Source: Candidatus Latescibacterota bacterium
GTDB lineage: Bacteria; Latescibacterota; UBA2968
Assembly (NCBI GenBank): GCA_965204745.1
Contig: OZ242010.1
Location: 160,001 to 224,000 of the forward strand
Direction: 5' to 3'
Length of the DNA stretch: 64,000 bases
Part shown: piece by piece, positions 20,501 to 26,006 of the stretch
Position numbering within the stretch: position 1 is the stretch's first letter
Layout: every line of letters begins with the position of its first letter
Made by a program: the position numbers and the translations under genes
The notes under the pieces: generated by a model
Told to the model about the DNA's origin: nothing
What the model saw: only the letters and a program-made list of their open reading frames with translations
Databases searched by the model: none

Positions 20501-23376
20501 GAAGAGGTGGGAGTGACGATGCGGTCGGGGAATGCGGCGTTGTAGGGCCGGGTGTAGGTCAGGGTATCGACAGTGGGCCATATCCCTGGAGTGGGAAATA
20601 TCTCTGGCCTCGGGAGGTCCACGACGCCATCGGCGTTTATGTCACTGCGAATGGCAGAGAGCTGATCGAGGTTGGTTATATCGATGTAACCGTCGTTATC
20701 CAGGTCGTAGTCAACAAAGCCGTCGTTGTCTATAATCGTCAAAGAGCCGGTCACGTTGCCCACGCCTTGGTCGTTGCTCACCCCAACAACCACGGACACT
20801 ACGATATCCGCGGTATTGACTGCGTTGTCCACGGCCGTGAGGATCACCGTGTCCGACGCGTTCGTCGTGTCCCCGGCCGCGATGGTGATCGTCGAATCCG
20901 CCCCCACCGTGTAAGTATCCGCCACCGGGCGCACGGTGATCGTCGTGATCGCGCTCGATAGATGCGACAGGGTCGCCGTGACCGTGGAAACGCCGAGCGC
21001 CTCCGAAATCGTCGAGGGCGACATCGACAAGGTTATGTCCGGCGCGGCCTCATCGTCGGTGATCGTCAGCATCAGGGTAGCCGGGATCGTCGCCCCATTG
21101 TCGCTCTGCACAATTGTGGGCACGGTCACTCTGTTGTCCGGCGCATCGGTTATATTGTCCACGGCCGTGAGGATCACCGTGTCCGACGCGTTCGCGGTTT
21201 GTCCTGCCGCGATGGTGATCGTCGAATCCGTCCCCACGGTATAAGCCCCCGCCACCGGGCGCACCGTGATCGTCGTCGCCAGGGTCGATGCGCGAGACAG
21301 GGCCGCCGTGATCGTGGCAACACCGCCGTTCTCCGAAATCGTTGACGGGTTCGCCGCCAGCGTCACTGTCGGCGCGGCCTCATCGTCGGTGATCGTCAAT
21401 GTCGCGTTCAATACCGACAATGTGTCGCTCGAAGCTGACCCCGAGACGGTCACGCGCCTGTGCCGCGCATCGGCGGTCGCGTTGTTCACCGCTGTGATCG
21501 TCACAAGTCCCGTGCTCGTCGTCGCATTCGCCGCGACAGTCAGCGTCTTCGCGGCCGATAGCGTGAAATCGCCCGCAACCGTAGGCGATACCCCTGTCGC
21601 AGCCACCGTGATCGTCACTGCGTTGTTCACCGCTCTCGGCAATGTTGCCGTTACAGTCGTCCGATTGGTCGCACCGCTCTCGTCGATCGTCGAAGGCGCG
21701 AGTGTCAACCTCGCCACCGCAATCTGGGCGGCAAATTGCGCGGTGGTGTCCATGCCTGCATACTTCAAGACCGGATACTGATACGCCGTGCCAAAGGTCC
21801 ACGGATCATCGTCGCCGAGTTGCCCGTCGATGTCGATGTTCCAGTTTTCGTAGATGCCGGTGTATGTCGTAACGGATACGAGATCGCTGGTGATATAGCC
21901 GGTGCCGACAGCACTGGTGTCTTGTCCACTGGTCAAAGTGTCCCAATAATTGTCGCGTGTGCTGGTGTTTCTCTTCAGCCCTACTAACCCGCCGACGCGG
22001 GAGGTTCCGGTGACCCGGCCGGTGGCGTAAGAGTTTATTACCCTACCTGGAGGATACCCTGTGGATGGCGAGTAAACAGCTCCGCCCAGCAAACCGCCGA
22101 CACCGATGTGACCGCTGACAGATGCAGTGGAGTAGCTCGTAGAGATAATTCCTAAGGATTCGCCGACTAATCCACCTGCATAATGTGAGTAGCGAGAATT
22201 TAAGGCCCTGACCGTGCCTGTGGTGTAGCAGGCGACAATTTCGCCAGCAGTGTAAGCGGCCAGAATGCCTGCACCACCTAAGGTTGTGATATTGGCGTTG
22301 GTTATGCCCAGGGTTTCGACGCGGGATCCGGGGCCAAGCTGGTAAAACAGACCTGCATACGCGCTGCCATCCCGATAGAGACGGAGGTCGCTGAATAGGT
22401 TGTTTATGGTGTGACTGTTGCCCTTGAAGTTGCCTGTGAGGCTGTAGGGTAGCCAGCCAGCGCCGTTGTTCCAGTATTTGCCGCTGTGGTCGTTGGCATC
22501 TACATCGCCATCGCCGTCGCTGTCGAAGTCGAGGCTTGCGGTGAGTTCGTAGCCGACGCATCCGGAAGTGGGGCAGCCCATGAGTCCAACGGAAGCGTTA
22601 GCAGTGGCGATGCGGTTGGGGAATGCGGCGTTGTAGGCGGCACCCTCCCGCAGATTTGTCGCGACGGAGATGGAATCGAGCCATCCCTGAGTAAAAGGGC
22701 GACTTCCCGCAGCGCGCCATGCCGCGATGCTGACCGCTAAGGCAAGGGAATCGGCGACCGAATGGGCTCTATCCCGGGCGCCATCGGTGTCCATGTCATA
22801 GCGAATGGCATTGAGCTGATCGAGGTTGGCTACATCGATGTAACCGTCGTTATCGAAGTCGTAGTCAACCTCATCGTCGGTGATCGTCAGGGTCACGGCA
22901 GACGGGGCCAATGCCCCATTGCCACCCGCCGCCGTTGCAGACACGGTCACGCGCTTGCTCGGCACCTGGGTCCTATCGTCCACCGCCGTGATCGTCACGA
23001 TCCCCGTGCTCGTCGTCGCATTCGCCGCTATCGTCAGCGTGGTCGCGGCCGATAGCGTGAAATCGCCCGCAACCGCAGGCGATACAGCCGTAGCTGAAAC
23101 CGTGATCGTCGTCGCCTCGGTCGCAGTGCGATCCAGCGTTGCCGTGATCGTGGAAACCCCGCCGTTCTCCGAAATCGACGACGGAGACAAAACCAACGTC
23201 ACCTGGGCGTTTTGGGCAAAAGCCGACCCCGATGCCATCAGCAAAACCAGCACGATATAGAACCACACCCCAAGAAGGGGATGGCCGCCATGAACCCCGG
23301 TTTTCGCGGGAGGACAAGCGGTGGGAACCGAGGGCCTAAATGGGTTCAAACAGCGTCTGAAAATTTCGGCAATCAT
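2560..23376 (-). CDS. Giant 6938-aa secreted/surface adhesin-like protein (Calx-beta-like repeats, 3 GLUG-type domains, PE linker, 4 Ig-like domains, EF-hand/dockerin-like tail)
   Basis: Uninterrupted ORF; signal peptide ending SAFA-Q; ~110-aa T/V/A/S-rich modules ending TLTITDDD; GGLVG repeats; LPEGLTFD.. Ig repeats; DFNGDG..DLNGDG tail. Confidence 0.9.
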   Translation of the reverse strand: MIAEIFRRCLNPFRPSVPTACPPAKTGVHGGHPLLGVWFYIVLVLLMASGSAFAQNAQVTLVLSPSSISENGGVSTITATLDRTATEATTITVSATAVSPAVAGDFTLSAATTLTIAANATTSTGIVTITAVDDRTQVPSKRVTVSATAAGGNGALAPSAVTLTITDDEVDYDFDNDGYIDVANLDQLNAIRYDMDTDGARDRAHSVADSLALAVSIAAWRAAGSRPFTQGWLDSISVATNLREGAAYNAAFPNRIATANASVGLMGCPTSGCVGYELTASLDFDSDGDGDVDANDHSGKYWNNGAGWLPYSLTGNFKGNSHTINNLFSDLRLYRDGSAYAGLFYQLGPGSRVETLGITNANITTLGGAGILAAYTAGEIVACYTTGTVRALNSRYSHYAGGLVGESLGIISTSYSTASVSGHIGVGGLLGGAVYSPSTGYPPGRVINSYATGRVTGTSRVGGLVGLKRNTSTRDNYWDTLTSGQDTSAVGTGYITSDLVSVTTYTGIYENWNIDIDGQLGDDDPWTFGTAYQYPVLKYAGMDTTAQFAAQIAVARLTLAPSTIDESGATNRTTVTATLPRAVNNAVTITVAATGVSPTVAGDFTLSAAKTLTVAANATTSTGLVTITAVNNATADARHRRVTVSGSASSDTLSVLNATLTITDDEAAPTVTLAANPSTISENGGVATITAALSRASTLATTITVRPVAGAYTVGTDSTITIAAGQTANASDTVILTAVDNITDAPDNRVTVPTIVQSDNGATIPATLMLTITDDEAAPDITLSMSPSTISEALGVSTVTATLSHLSSAITTITVRPVADTYTVGADSTITIAAGDTTNASDTVILTAVDNAVNTADIVVSVVVGVSNDQGVGNVTGSLTIIDNDGFVDYDLDNDGYIDITNLDQLSAIRSDINADGVVDLPRPEIFPTPGIWPTVDTLTYTRPYNAAFPDRIVTPTSSVGPMGCPTSGCVGYELLNDLNFDSDGDSDVDADDHGGKYWDNGRGWRPIAGTSGAFYGDRYDYRYWVPGGDQGHQSGYLGYFKGNGHTIKNLFIKRTSTVGFSVSKLGLFYSLGIGSRVESLGIINANVTGGSYLGILAGILFKGTIVACYTHGTVSGQDFAPVGTPTPHFTPWGVNSHSIGGLVGFSFQGTIHASYSMANVSEVRDVGGLVGTAWQNTHISSSYANGIVTGGNAFGRIIRSERDQGAVLPAVGVGVGGAEEYPSVEASWAGGLVGNANDESTCYTYSGATFACGGVRATTNIANFSYWDMHSSGKGTSALGVGKTTHELRSITGYTGIYSNWNIDIDGQGGNDDPWHFGTASQYPVLKYADMDTDLQFNLQPRLVTLILTPRQIDESGTANQTTVTAALTKPLTSAVVVTVSATAVAPAVAGDFTLSTAKTLTIAANATTSTGTVTITAVDNAIDAPWKRVTVAATVSGANDITTSHAILTIADDESTPTVTMAVNPSSISENGGVATVTATLSGSSVAPTSITVRPVPGVYTVGATNSTITIAAGQTATTDTVIITAVDNMIHAPDNSRGVWVQVTNWHGINVVTAELTFTEDEDPPDVTMEVSPTSIAETGEVSTVTATLSRPSSAVTTITVRPVTGAYAVGMDSTIIIAAGQTANASDTVVITTVDNAITAGDKTVTVLSAVDNSAGTGTVTAATLTITDDDRPHATLVLSPSSISEAGGVSTITATLDRPATEATTITVSATAVPPAVSGDFTLSAATTLTIAASVTTSTGLVTITAANNMIQASDKRVTVSATVAGGNGAVARSTVTLMITENVIDYDEDNDGYIDVANLDQLNAIRYDLNGDGFVAPADTMNYNAYNAAFPNRFTAAAERMGCPSGRCVGYELTASLDFDSNGDGDVDATDHSGKYWDGGSGWLPIACCRTSNSYTGYFKGNGHTINNLFINRTIYGSGTNPNFLGLFFKLGAFSRVETLGITNANITGISHVGILAGQNHGTIVACYTTGRVAGFNPIEWRWPDPSPRGGYTIGGLVGRTDIRGKISTSYSTASVSGSRYVGGLVGRIFNSVIINSYAIGPVSSTDRVRAGNWRRWHGSGGFIGGLNQNTNDISNSYYDTETSGLSRAIGAVHSPDPDTSGVTSKTTAELVSVTGYTGIYENWNIDIDGQPGDDDPWHFGTVNQYPVLKYDGMDTTVQFDLQPEIVMLTLTPSTISENGGVSTVTARLTQSLDATTTITVRPVAEAYTVGMDSTIIIASGQTANASDTVVITAVDNNTASGDKRVTVFSAVDNSASTRTVALATLTIADDDVAQVMLVLSPASISEDGGVSTITATLDRPTTKATTITVSATAESPAVAGDFTLSTAKTLTVAANATASTGLVTITSVNNTTDAPDKRVTVSATVAVGNLASAPSAVTLMITDDDDPPTVALSLSPASISEASGVSTITATLSHESSEATTITVRPVAGAYTVGTDSTIVIAAGQTANTSDTVLITAVNNTTHAPDNDVTVNVVPRNAQGVGSVTAATLTITEDEAAPEVTIAVSPTSISENIAVSTVTATLNRPSSAATTITVSVTPVLPAVVGDYTLSTAKTLTVAAGETTSTGTVTITTVNNSVASGDKTVTVTGTPSNSVGVGSSVTAATLTIADDDVAQVTLVLSPTSISENAEVSTVTARLNRPATEATTITVSAEAVSPAVAGDFTLSATTTLTIAASVTTSTGTVTITSVNDTTDAPDKEVTVSGTATGGNMASAPSDVTLTITDDEAAPTVALLLSPASISEASGVSTITATLSHKSSEATTITVRSVPGAYTVGATDSMIVIAAGQTANAPDTVIITAVDNMIHAPNNSVTVSVVPRNDQGVGSSVTGTALTITEDEAASAVTIAVSPTSIAETGEVSTVTATLSRPSSAATTITVSVTPVSPAVGGDYTLSTAKTLTIAAGETTSTGTVTITTVDNSVASGDKTVTVTGTPTNSVGTGSVTAATLTIADDDVAQVTLILSPTSISENAKVSTVTATLNRPATTATTITVSAEAVSPAVAGDFTLSATTTLTIAASVTTSTGTVTITSVNDTTDAPDKRVTVSGTVAAGNLASAPDDVTLTITDDDAAPTVALTLSPASISEASGVSTITATLSHKSSEATTITVRSVPGAYTVGATDSTIVIAAGQTANATDTVIITAVDNTTHAPNNSVTVPVVPHNDQGVGSIVTGTALTITEDEAAPDVTIAVEPTSIAETGAVSTVTATLSRPSSAATTITVSVTPVLPAVVGDYTLSTDKTLTVAAGETTSTGSVTITTVNNNIASGDKTVTVTGTPTNSVGVGSSVTPATLTIADDDVAQVMLILSPASISENAEVSTVTATLDRPATEATTITVSAEAVSPAVAGNFTLSTATTLTIAASVTTSTGTVTITSVNDTTDAPDKRVTVSGTATGGNMASAPSAVTLTITDDEAAPTVALSLSPASISEASGVSTITATLSHESSAATTITVRSVPGAYTVGATDSTIVIAAGQTANATDTVLITAVDNMIHAPNNSVTVPVEVSNDQGVGSSVTGTALTITEDEDPPDVTMAVSPTSIAETGAVSTVTATLNRPSSAATTITVRSVPGAYTVGATDSTIVIAAEQTANTSDMVVITTVDNNIASGARMVTVTGTPSNSVGTGSVTAATLTITDDDMAQVTLVLSPTSISENAKVSTITATLNRPATTATTITVSAEAVSPAVAGDFTLSAATTLTIAANATASTGSVTITSVNDTTDAPDKRVTVSATVAAGNLASAPSDVTLTITDDEAAPTVALSLSPASISEASGVSTITATLSHKSSEATTITVSAEAVSPAVAGDFTLSTMKTLTFAAGETTSTGSVTITAVNNTTHAPNKRVTVSGAAGNAQGVGNVPDATLTITEDEAAPEVTMAVAPTSISENVAVSTVTATLNRPSSAATTITVSVTPVLPAVVGDYTLSTAKTLTIAAGETTSTGTVTITTVNNNIASGDKTVTVTGTPANSVGVGSSVTAATLTITDDDVAQVTLVLSPTSISENAKVSTVTATLNRPATEATTITVSAEAVSPAVAGDFTLSAAKTLTIAASETTSTGIVTITSVNNTTDAPDKRVTVSGTATGGNMASAPSDVTLTITDDDAAPTVALSLSPASISEASGISTITATLSHESSEATTITVRPVAGAYTVGATDSTIVIAAGQTANATDTVLITAVDNMIHAPNNSVTVSVVPRNDQGVGSSVTGTALTITEDEDPPDVTIAVSPTSISETVAVSTVTATLSRPSSAATTITVRSVPGAYTVGATDSTIVIAAGQTANATDTVLITTVDNAIASGARMVTVTGTPSNSVGTGSVTAATLTITDDDMAQVTLVLSPASISENAKVSTVTATLNRPATDATTITVSAEAVSPAVAGDFMLSTTKTLTIAANATASTGTVTITSVNDTTDAPNKRVTVSGTVAAGNLASAPSDVTLTITDDEAAPTVALTLSPASISEASGVSTITATLSHKSSEITTITVRSVPGAYTVGATDSTIVIAAGQTANATDTVLITAVDNTTHAPNNSVTVPVEVSNDQGVGSSVTGTALTITEDEDPPDVTMAVVPTSISENGAVSTVTATLNRPSSAATTITVRPVTGAYTVGMDSTIVIAAGQTANTSDTVVITTADNNIASGDRMATVTGTPSNSVGTGSVTAATLTITDDDVAKVTLVLSPASISENAKVSTVTATLNRPATTATTITVSAEAVSPAVAGDFTLSATTTLTIAASVTTSTGSVTITSVNDTTDAPNKRVTVSGTVAAGNLASAPSDVTLTITDDEAAPTVALSLSPASISEASGISTITATLSHKSSEATTITVSAEAVSPAVAGDFTLSNTKTLTFAAGETTSTGSVTITAVNNTTHAPNKRVTVSGAAGNAQGVGNVPDATLTISEDEAAPDVTMAVAPTSISENVAVSTVTATLNRPSSAATTITVSVTPVSPAVVGDYMLSTAKTLTVAAGQTTSTGSVTITTVNNNIASGDKTVTVTGTPTNSVGVGSSVTDATLTITDDDVAQATLVLSPTSISENAEVSTVTATLNRPATTATTITVSAEAVSPAVAGDFTLSAATTLTIAANATASTGTVTITSVNDTTDAPDKRVTVSGTAAGGNMASAPSDVTLMITDDDAAPTVALSLSPASISEASGISTITATLSHESSAATTITVSAEAVSPAVAGDFTLSTTKTLTFAAGETTSTGSVTITAVNNTTHAPNKRVTVSGVAGNAQGVGNVPDATLTITEDEAPPDVTMAVSPSSISENVAVSTVTATLNRPSSAATTITVRSVPGAYTVGATDSTIVIAAGQTANTSDTVIITTVDNNNASGDRMVSVTGTPSNSVGTGSVTDATLTITDDDVAQVTLVLSPTSISENGGVSTITATLDRPATDATTITVSAEAVSPAVAGDFTLSATTTLTIAASVTTSTGTVTITSVNDTTDAPNKRVTVSATVAVGNLASAPSDVTLTITDDDDAPTVALSLSPASISEASGVSTITATLSHKSSEATTITVRSVPGTYTVGATDSTIVIAAGQTANTSDTVLITAVDNTTHAPDNSVTVSVVPRNDQGVGSSVTGTALTITEDEAAPAVTIAVSPTSIAETGEVSTVTATLNRPSSAATTITVRSVPGAYTVGATDSTIVIAAGQTANASDMVVITTVDNNNASGDRMVTVTGTPSNSVGTGSVTDATLTITDDDVAQVTLVLSPASISENAKVSTVTATLNRPATTATTITVSAEAVSPAVAGDFTLSATTTLTIAASVTTSTGTVTITSVNDTTDAPNKRVTVSATVAAGNLASAPSDVTLTITDDDAAPTVALSLSPASISEASGVSTITATLSHKSSAATTITVSAEAVSPAVAGDFTLSTTKTLTVAAGETTSTGSVTITAVNNTTHARDKRVTVSGVAGNAQGAGNVTAATLTITEDEAAPDVTMAVSPSSISENIEVSTVTATLNRPSSAATTITVSVPTSSDYTLSTATTLTVSAGQTTSTGTVTITTVNNNIASGSKTVTVTGTPSNSVGVGSSVTPATLTITDDDVAQVMLVLSPSSISENGGVSTITATLDRTATAATTITVSALAVSPAVAGDFTLSATTTLTIAASVTTSTGTVTITAVNDTTDAPNKRVTVSATVAAGNLASLSSSEPLTITDDDDPPTVMLTPDPSSISENGAVSTITATLSHKSSAITTITVRSVPGAYTVGATDSTIAIAAGQTANTADTVIITSVDNNRDAPPRNVVVTGVARNDQGAGSVTGGSLTLTDDDVAPAVTMVVSPASISENGGVSTVTATLSHPSSEATTIAVSVPTSSDYTLSTATTLTVAAGQTTSTGIVTITTVNNNIASGSKTVTVTGTPSNSQGAGSVTSATLTITDDDVPQVTLVLSPVAITENGGVSTVTATLDRPATEATTITVSTEAESSVDDFTLSTTTTLTVAAGQTTSTGTVTITAVDNSFNEPDKRVTVSATVTGGNLASLASPVTLTIEEDDPPERPATPEPEPEPEPEPEPEPEPEPEPDTELTFTDAVDPQSYYQHRAIKPLTLPAAVLYGDETMRTLTYSLPDLPEGLTFDAETLTVSGTPLKAIKKAIYTLTATEEDGDEAGLSFFLTVIANPIPSFGDASVAAQAYMRKQEIESLTLPQATGGDKPLTYALTPDLPEGLSFDKKTRVLSGTPLEAIADTTYTLTATDRNGDEATLMFILSVMTDPIPTFGETTVAAQGYVQYQKIDPLTLPPATGGDKPLTYALLPDLPEGLTFDAETRIASGTPIKAMDETTYTLTATDGNGDEVHLLFTLEVQNWMPTFGDTTIDPQSYLVNQEIASLTLPQASNDDGMLVYILLPFLPEGLSFDPTTRTLSGLPTEAKAQATYTLSALEADGDTASLPFTLEVSLPSPDFNGDGVVNFADFSNFVVKYESRLGQKRYDALYDLNGDGQIDYDDFRIFAAIYGSTGETTAIGNWDLPP
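3897..3960 (-). repeat. (Pro-Glu)n linker repeat within giant protein
   Basis: PEPEPEPE.. in translation; 6-bp codon repeat. Confidence 0.9.
3970..16860 (-). repeat. Intragenic array of about 12 three-module super-repeats (~1.0 kb period)
   Basis: Homologous antisense ORFs start at 4910, 5930, 6941, 7961, 8996, 10004, 11015, 12050, 13061, 14087, 15110 and 16130 (spacing 1008-1035 nt). Confidence 0.9.
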
Positions 23377-23454
23377 TCTGAAGTCTCGAAAAATACAACG
23401 AGTTGCACGGGCAGGGCTTTTGCCTGCGTGCGCGAAATAAAGATGGTGGAGGAC

Positions 23455-23492
23455 AAAATAAGACTTTACGCCATTTCGTCAAAGCGTAAAGT
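23455..23492 (-). promoter_or_regulatory. Candidate sigma70 promoter of giant gene with overlapping inverted repeat
   Basis: Minus strand TTGACG-16-TATTTT; ACTTTACGC-N12-GCGTAAAGT (23463-23492) brackets the -35. Confidence 0.4.
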
Positions 23493-23522
23493 GACGAGGG
23501 GATCGTCAAGGCAAGGGGGAAT

Positions 23523-23808
23523 GGGACCTACCCCCTGGCCCCGTTACTCGCTACGCTTCGTTGTAGGCTACGCCTGTGCCTAAAAGGAAGGGGGAATGGC
23601 GATGGGTCTTCCGAGGGGAATGGCGAGAGGGGTTGCGAGGGATTGTGCGAGAGGGGTTTGGTTTTTCATGGCGTGATTCATTCGCTCAAAGCCATCAAAA
23701 CAGCTAGGGAGACAAACCTTCAAGAAAGCCATACGCGCCCCCTTTCCTCGTAGACACAGGCGTAGCCTACAATGAGCGAAGCGAATAACGGGGGTCGGGG
23801 GGATAGGG
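23523..23808. mobile_element. MITE-like dispersed element, family A (variant copy)
   Basis: Begins GGGACCTACCCCCTGGCCCC; shares GTAGGCTACGCCTGTG blocks with copies at 30975, 44639 and 62188. Confidence 0.65.
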
Positions 23809-23823
23809 CTATGGCGACAGGGC

Positions 23824-23926
23824 ATGCGAAGGACACAGCGGAGTGGGAACGATGAAGCGGTGGTAGGGCGGTGTGGGGTAATCCGCGCAATCCGCGTAAT
23901 CCGTTTAATCCGCGATTCAGACACGG
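23824..23926 (+). repeat. Dispersed element family B (nonamer AATCCGNNN array ending AATCCGCGATTCAGACACGG)
   Basis: Near-identical copies at 53758-53860 and 62420-62520; inverted or partial copies at ~635-673, 56559-56605, 57993-58042 and 58298-58367. Confidence 0.8.
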
Positions 23927-23984
23927 TGGGGTGGAAAGGGCACGCACACGGCGGAGTTGCTCGCTGATCGCTCATCATGATAGC

Positions 23985-24013
23985 TTGACAGTTTGGCGTC
24001 ATACTGGTATTGT
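23985..24013 (+). promoter_or_regulatory. Sigma70 promoter of clpX-like gene
   Basis: TTGACA-17-TATTGT with TG extended -10, ~120 nt upstream of the ATG. Confidence 0.65.
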
Positions 24014-24134
24014 TTAGAGACTTACTCCCGCCCCCCTAATATCTCCGCTCCCCGCGTCGGAGAGCGACCGAGAGAGGGGTAGCTTTCTTACGTCTCACGT
24101 CTTACGCCTTTCATCTCACCACATTGGAGCTTTT

Positions 24135-25670
24135 ATGTCGAAAAAACAACCTTTCTCGCCGACGGATTTGCAAAAAGACCTCAAGGATTTCCTCGAGCAA
24201 AAATACGGCAGTCAGGTGGTCGTGCAACAGGGAGAACCCGCCGGGATGAAGGAGGACCCGCCCGTGGAAGAGCCCGCAGAGGAGACCATTGATTTTGACC
24301 TCAAACCCGAAGAACTGGAGGCGTATTTAGACGAGTATGTGGTCGAGCAGGGCGCGGCAAAAGAAGTGTTGGCAACCAAGATCTGCACGCATTACAACCG
24401 CATGAAACTCGACCGCGAAGACCCGGAGTTTTCGCGCAAAAACGTGGGGCAGATCAAAAACAACATCCTCCTGATCGGGCCTACGGGTGTGGGCAAAACG
24501 TATTTGATCAAGTTGATCGCGCAGCGCATTGGCGTGCCCTTTGTCAAGGGCGATGCGACCAAATTCAGCGAGACGGGATACGTGGGCGGCGATGTCGAAG
24601 ACCTCATTCGGGAACTGGTGCGCGAGGCCGATGGCAGCATTGCAAAGGCGCAATACGGGATTGTGTACATCGACGAAATCGACAAAATCGCGTCGTCCTC
24701 AAATCTGACCGGCCCGGATGTGTCGCGCACCGGCGTTCAGCGCAACTTGCTCAAGTTGATGGAAGAGACCGATGTCGATCTCAAAGCACCGCACGACCTC
24801 ACGTCGCAGATGGAATCGATGATGCAATTTCAGCGCAGTGGCAAAGTGGAGCGGCAAAAAATCAACACGCGCAACATTTTGTTTATCGTCAGCGGCGCGT
24901 TCAGCGATCTTGAGGACATCGTGCGAAAGCGGCTCAATTTGGGCAAGGTCGGGTTTCAATTTGAGCGCGAGATCGCCCAGGCACAGGAACGGGATCGGAC
25001 CGCGCTTTTGCAAGAGGTCAAAACAGAAGACCTCATCGAATACGGGTTTGAGTCTGAATTTGTGGGCCGGTTGCCGGTCACGGCGATTTTGACATCCTTG
25101 AGCGTTGACGATCTCTACGCGATTTTGAAAAGCCCGACGAGTTCGGTGATCGTGGGCAAAAAACGCGATTTCAAAGCCTACGGCATCGATCTGAAATTTG
25201 ACGACGACGCGTTGCAGTTGCTGGCTGAACAAGCCGCGCTAGAACAAACCGGCGCGCGCAGTCTGGTCAGCGTTTGCGAACGCGCCTTGCTCAAATTTGA
25301 AAAATCCCTGCCCTCAACGGATATCGACGCCTTCCGCGTGACGAAAAGTGTGATCGAATCCCCCGAGCACGCACTTCGGCAATTGTTGGTCTTGCGGGAC
25401 ACGGGCGCGTTTGTCGACCGGTTTCGAGACGCTTACGGCATCGCGCTCACGTTCGACGATGCGGCCCTGCGAGAACTCGCGCAAAAAGCAAAGAGCGAAC
25501 ATCGCCCGGTTCACGAGATCTGCCAAGATATGTTCGACGACTACGGACACGGGCTGAAGTTGCTCGGACACGCGACATTTGAAATCCCCGCCGAAGCCAC
25601 GCGCCGCCCCAAAGATTTTCTCAACAGTCTGGTCAAAGCATTTTACCAAGCGGATAGGGCAGAAAAATAA
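24135..25670 (+). CDS. clpX: ClpX-like AAA+ ATPase lacking the N-terminal zinc finger, with extra C-terminal domain
   Basis: NILLIGPTGVGKT Walker A, DATKFSETGYVGGDVE pore loop, YIDEIDK Walker B, DVS..GVQ, KVGF (IGF-like loop), EFVGRLP, TGARSL. Confidence 0.8.
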   Translation: MSKKQPFSPTDLQKDLKDFLEQKYGSQVVVQQGEPAGMKEDPPVEEPAEETIDFDLKPEELEAYLDEYVVEQGAAKEVLATKICTHYNRMKLDREDPEFSRKNVGQIKNNILLIGPTGVGKTYLIKLIAQRIGVPFVKGDATKFSETGYVGGDVEDLIRELVREADGSIAKAQYGIVYIDEIDKIASSSNLTGPDVSRTGVQRNLLKLMEETDVDLKAPHDLTSQMESMMQFQRSGKVERQKINTRNILFIVSGAFSDLEDIVRKRLNLGKVGFQFEREIAQAQERDRTALLQEVKTEDLIEYGFESEFVGRLPVTAILTSLSVDDLYAILKSPTSSVIVGKKRDFKAYGIDLKFDDDALQLLAEQAALEQTGARSLVSVCERALLKFEKSLPSTDIDAFRVTKSVIESPEHALRQLLVLRDTGAFVDRFRDAYGIALTFDDAALRELAQKAKSEHRPVHEICQDMFDDYGHGLKLLGHATFEIPAEATRRPKDFLNSLVKAFYQADRAEK

Positions 25671-25703
25671 CCCCGCCCCGCTTCCCTTCATCGGAAAATC
25701 GCG

Positions 25704-26006
25704 TCACGCCTCCGCGTCCAATTCGCGCTGAAATTCACCCAGATCCGAGACTTGCACTGCCGAGCGATGCAACTGCTTGAGGCGTTGCAAATCTTCGATA
25801 GCTCGAATGCAACCTGCGACCTGATCGGCCCCGGCAGGATCAAAGCGAATCTCCAGCACGTCGAGAATCGCGTCCATGGTATGTTCCCTACCCCCTCGCT
25901 CAATGCCCTGCTCAATGCCCTGCTCAATGCCCTGCTCAATAAACTGTTCCTTGAAGTGTTCCTTGAGGTATTGGGCAAACGATGATTCACGCATAATCGC
26001 GTCCAT
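25704..26006 (-). CDS. Putative internally initiated small Rpn C-terminal protein (RpnS-like antitoxin), 100 aa
   Basis: AGGAGG at 26017-26012, 5 nt before in-frame ATG 26006 (MDAIMRESS..EQGIEQGIEQG..). Confidence 0.55.
   Translation of the reverse strand: MDAIMRESSFAQYLKEHFKEQFIEQGIEQGIEQGIERGGREHTMDAILDVLEIRFDPAGADQVAGCIRAIEDLQRLKQLHRSAVQVSDLGEFQRELDAEA

Noticed and set aside
16870-22870. Diversity-generating retroelement behind the variable head domains
   Set aside because: No reverse transcriptase or adenine-specific template/variable repeat pair seen; variation is by indels.
3878-23260. Dozens of plus-strand ORFs (MIVETP.., MIVVAA..) and short Arg-rich minus-strand ORFs
   Set aside because: Antisense or off-frame shadows of the repetitive giant gene.
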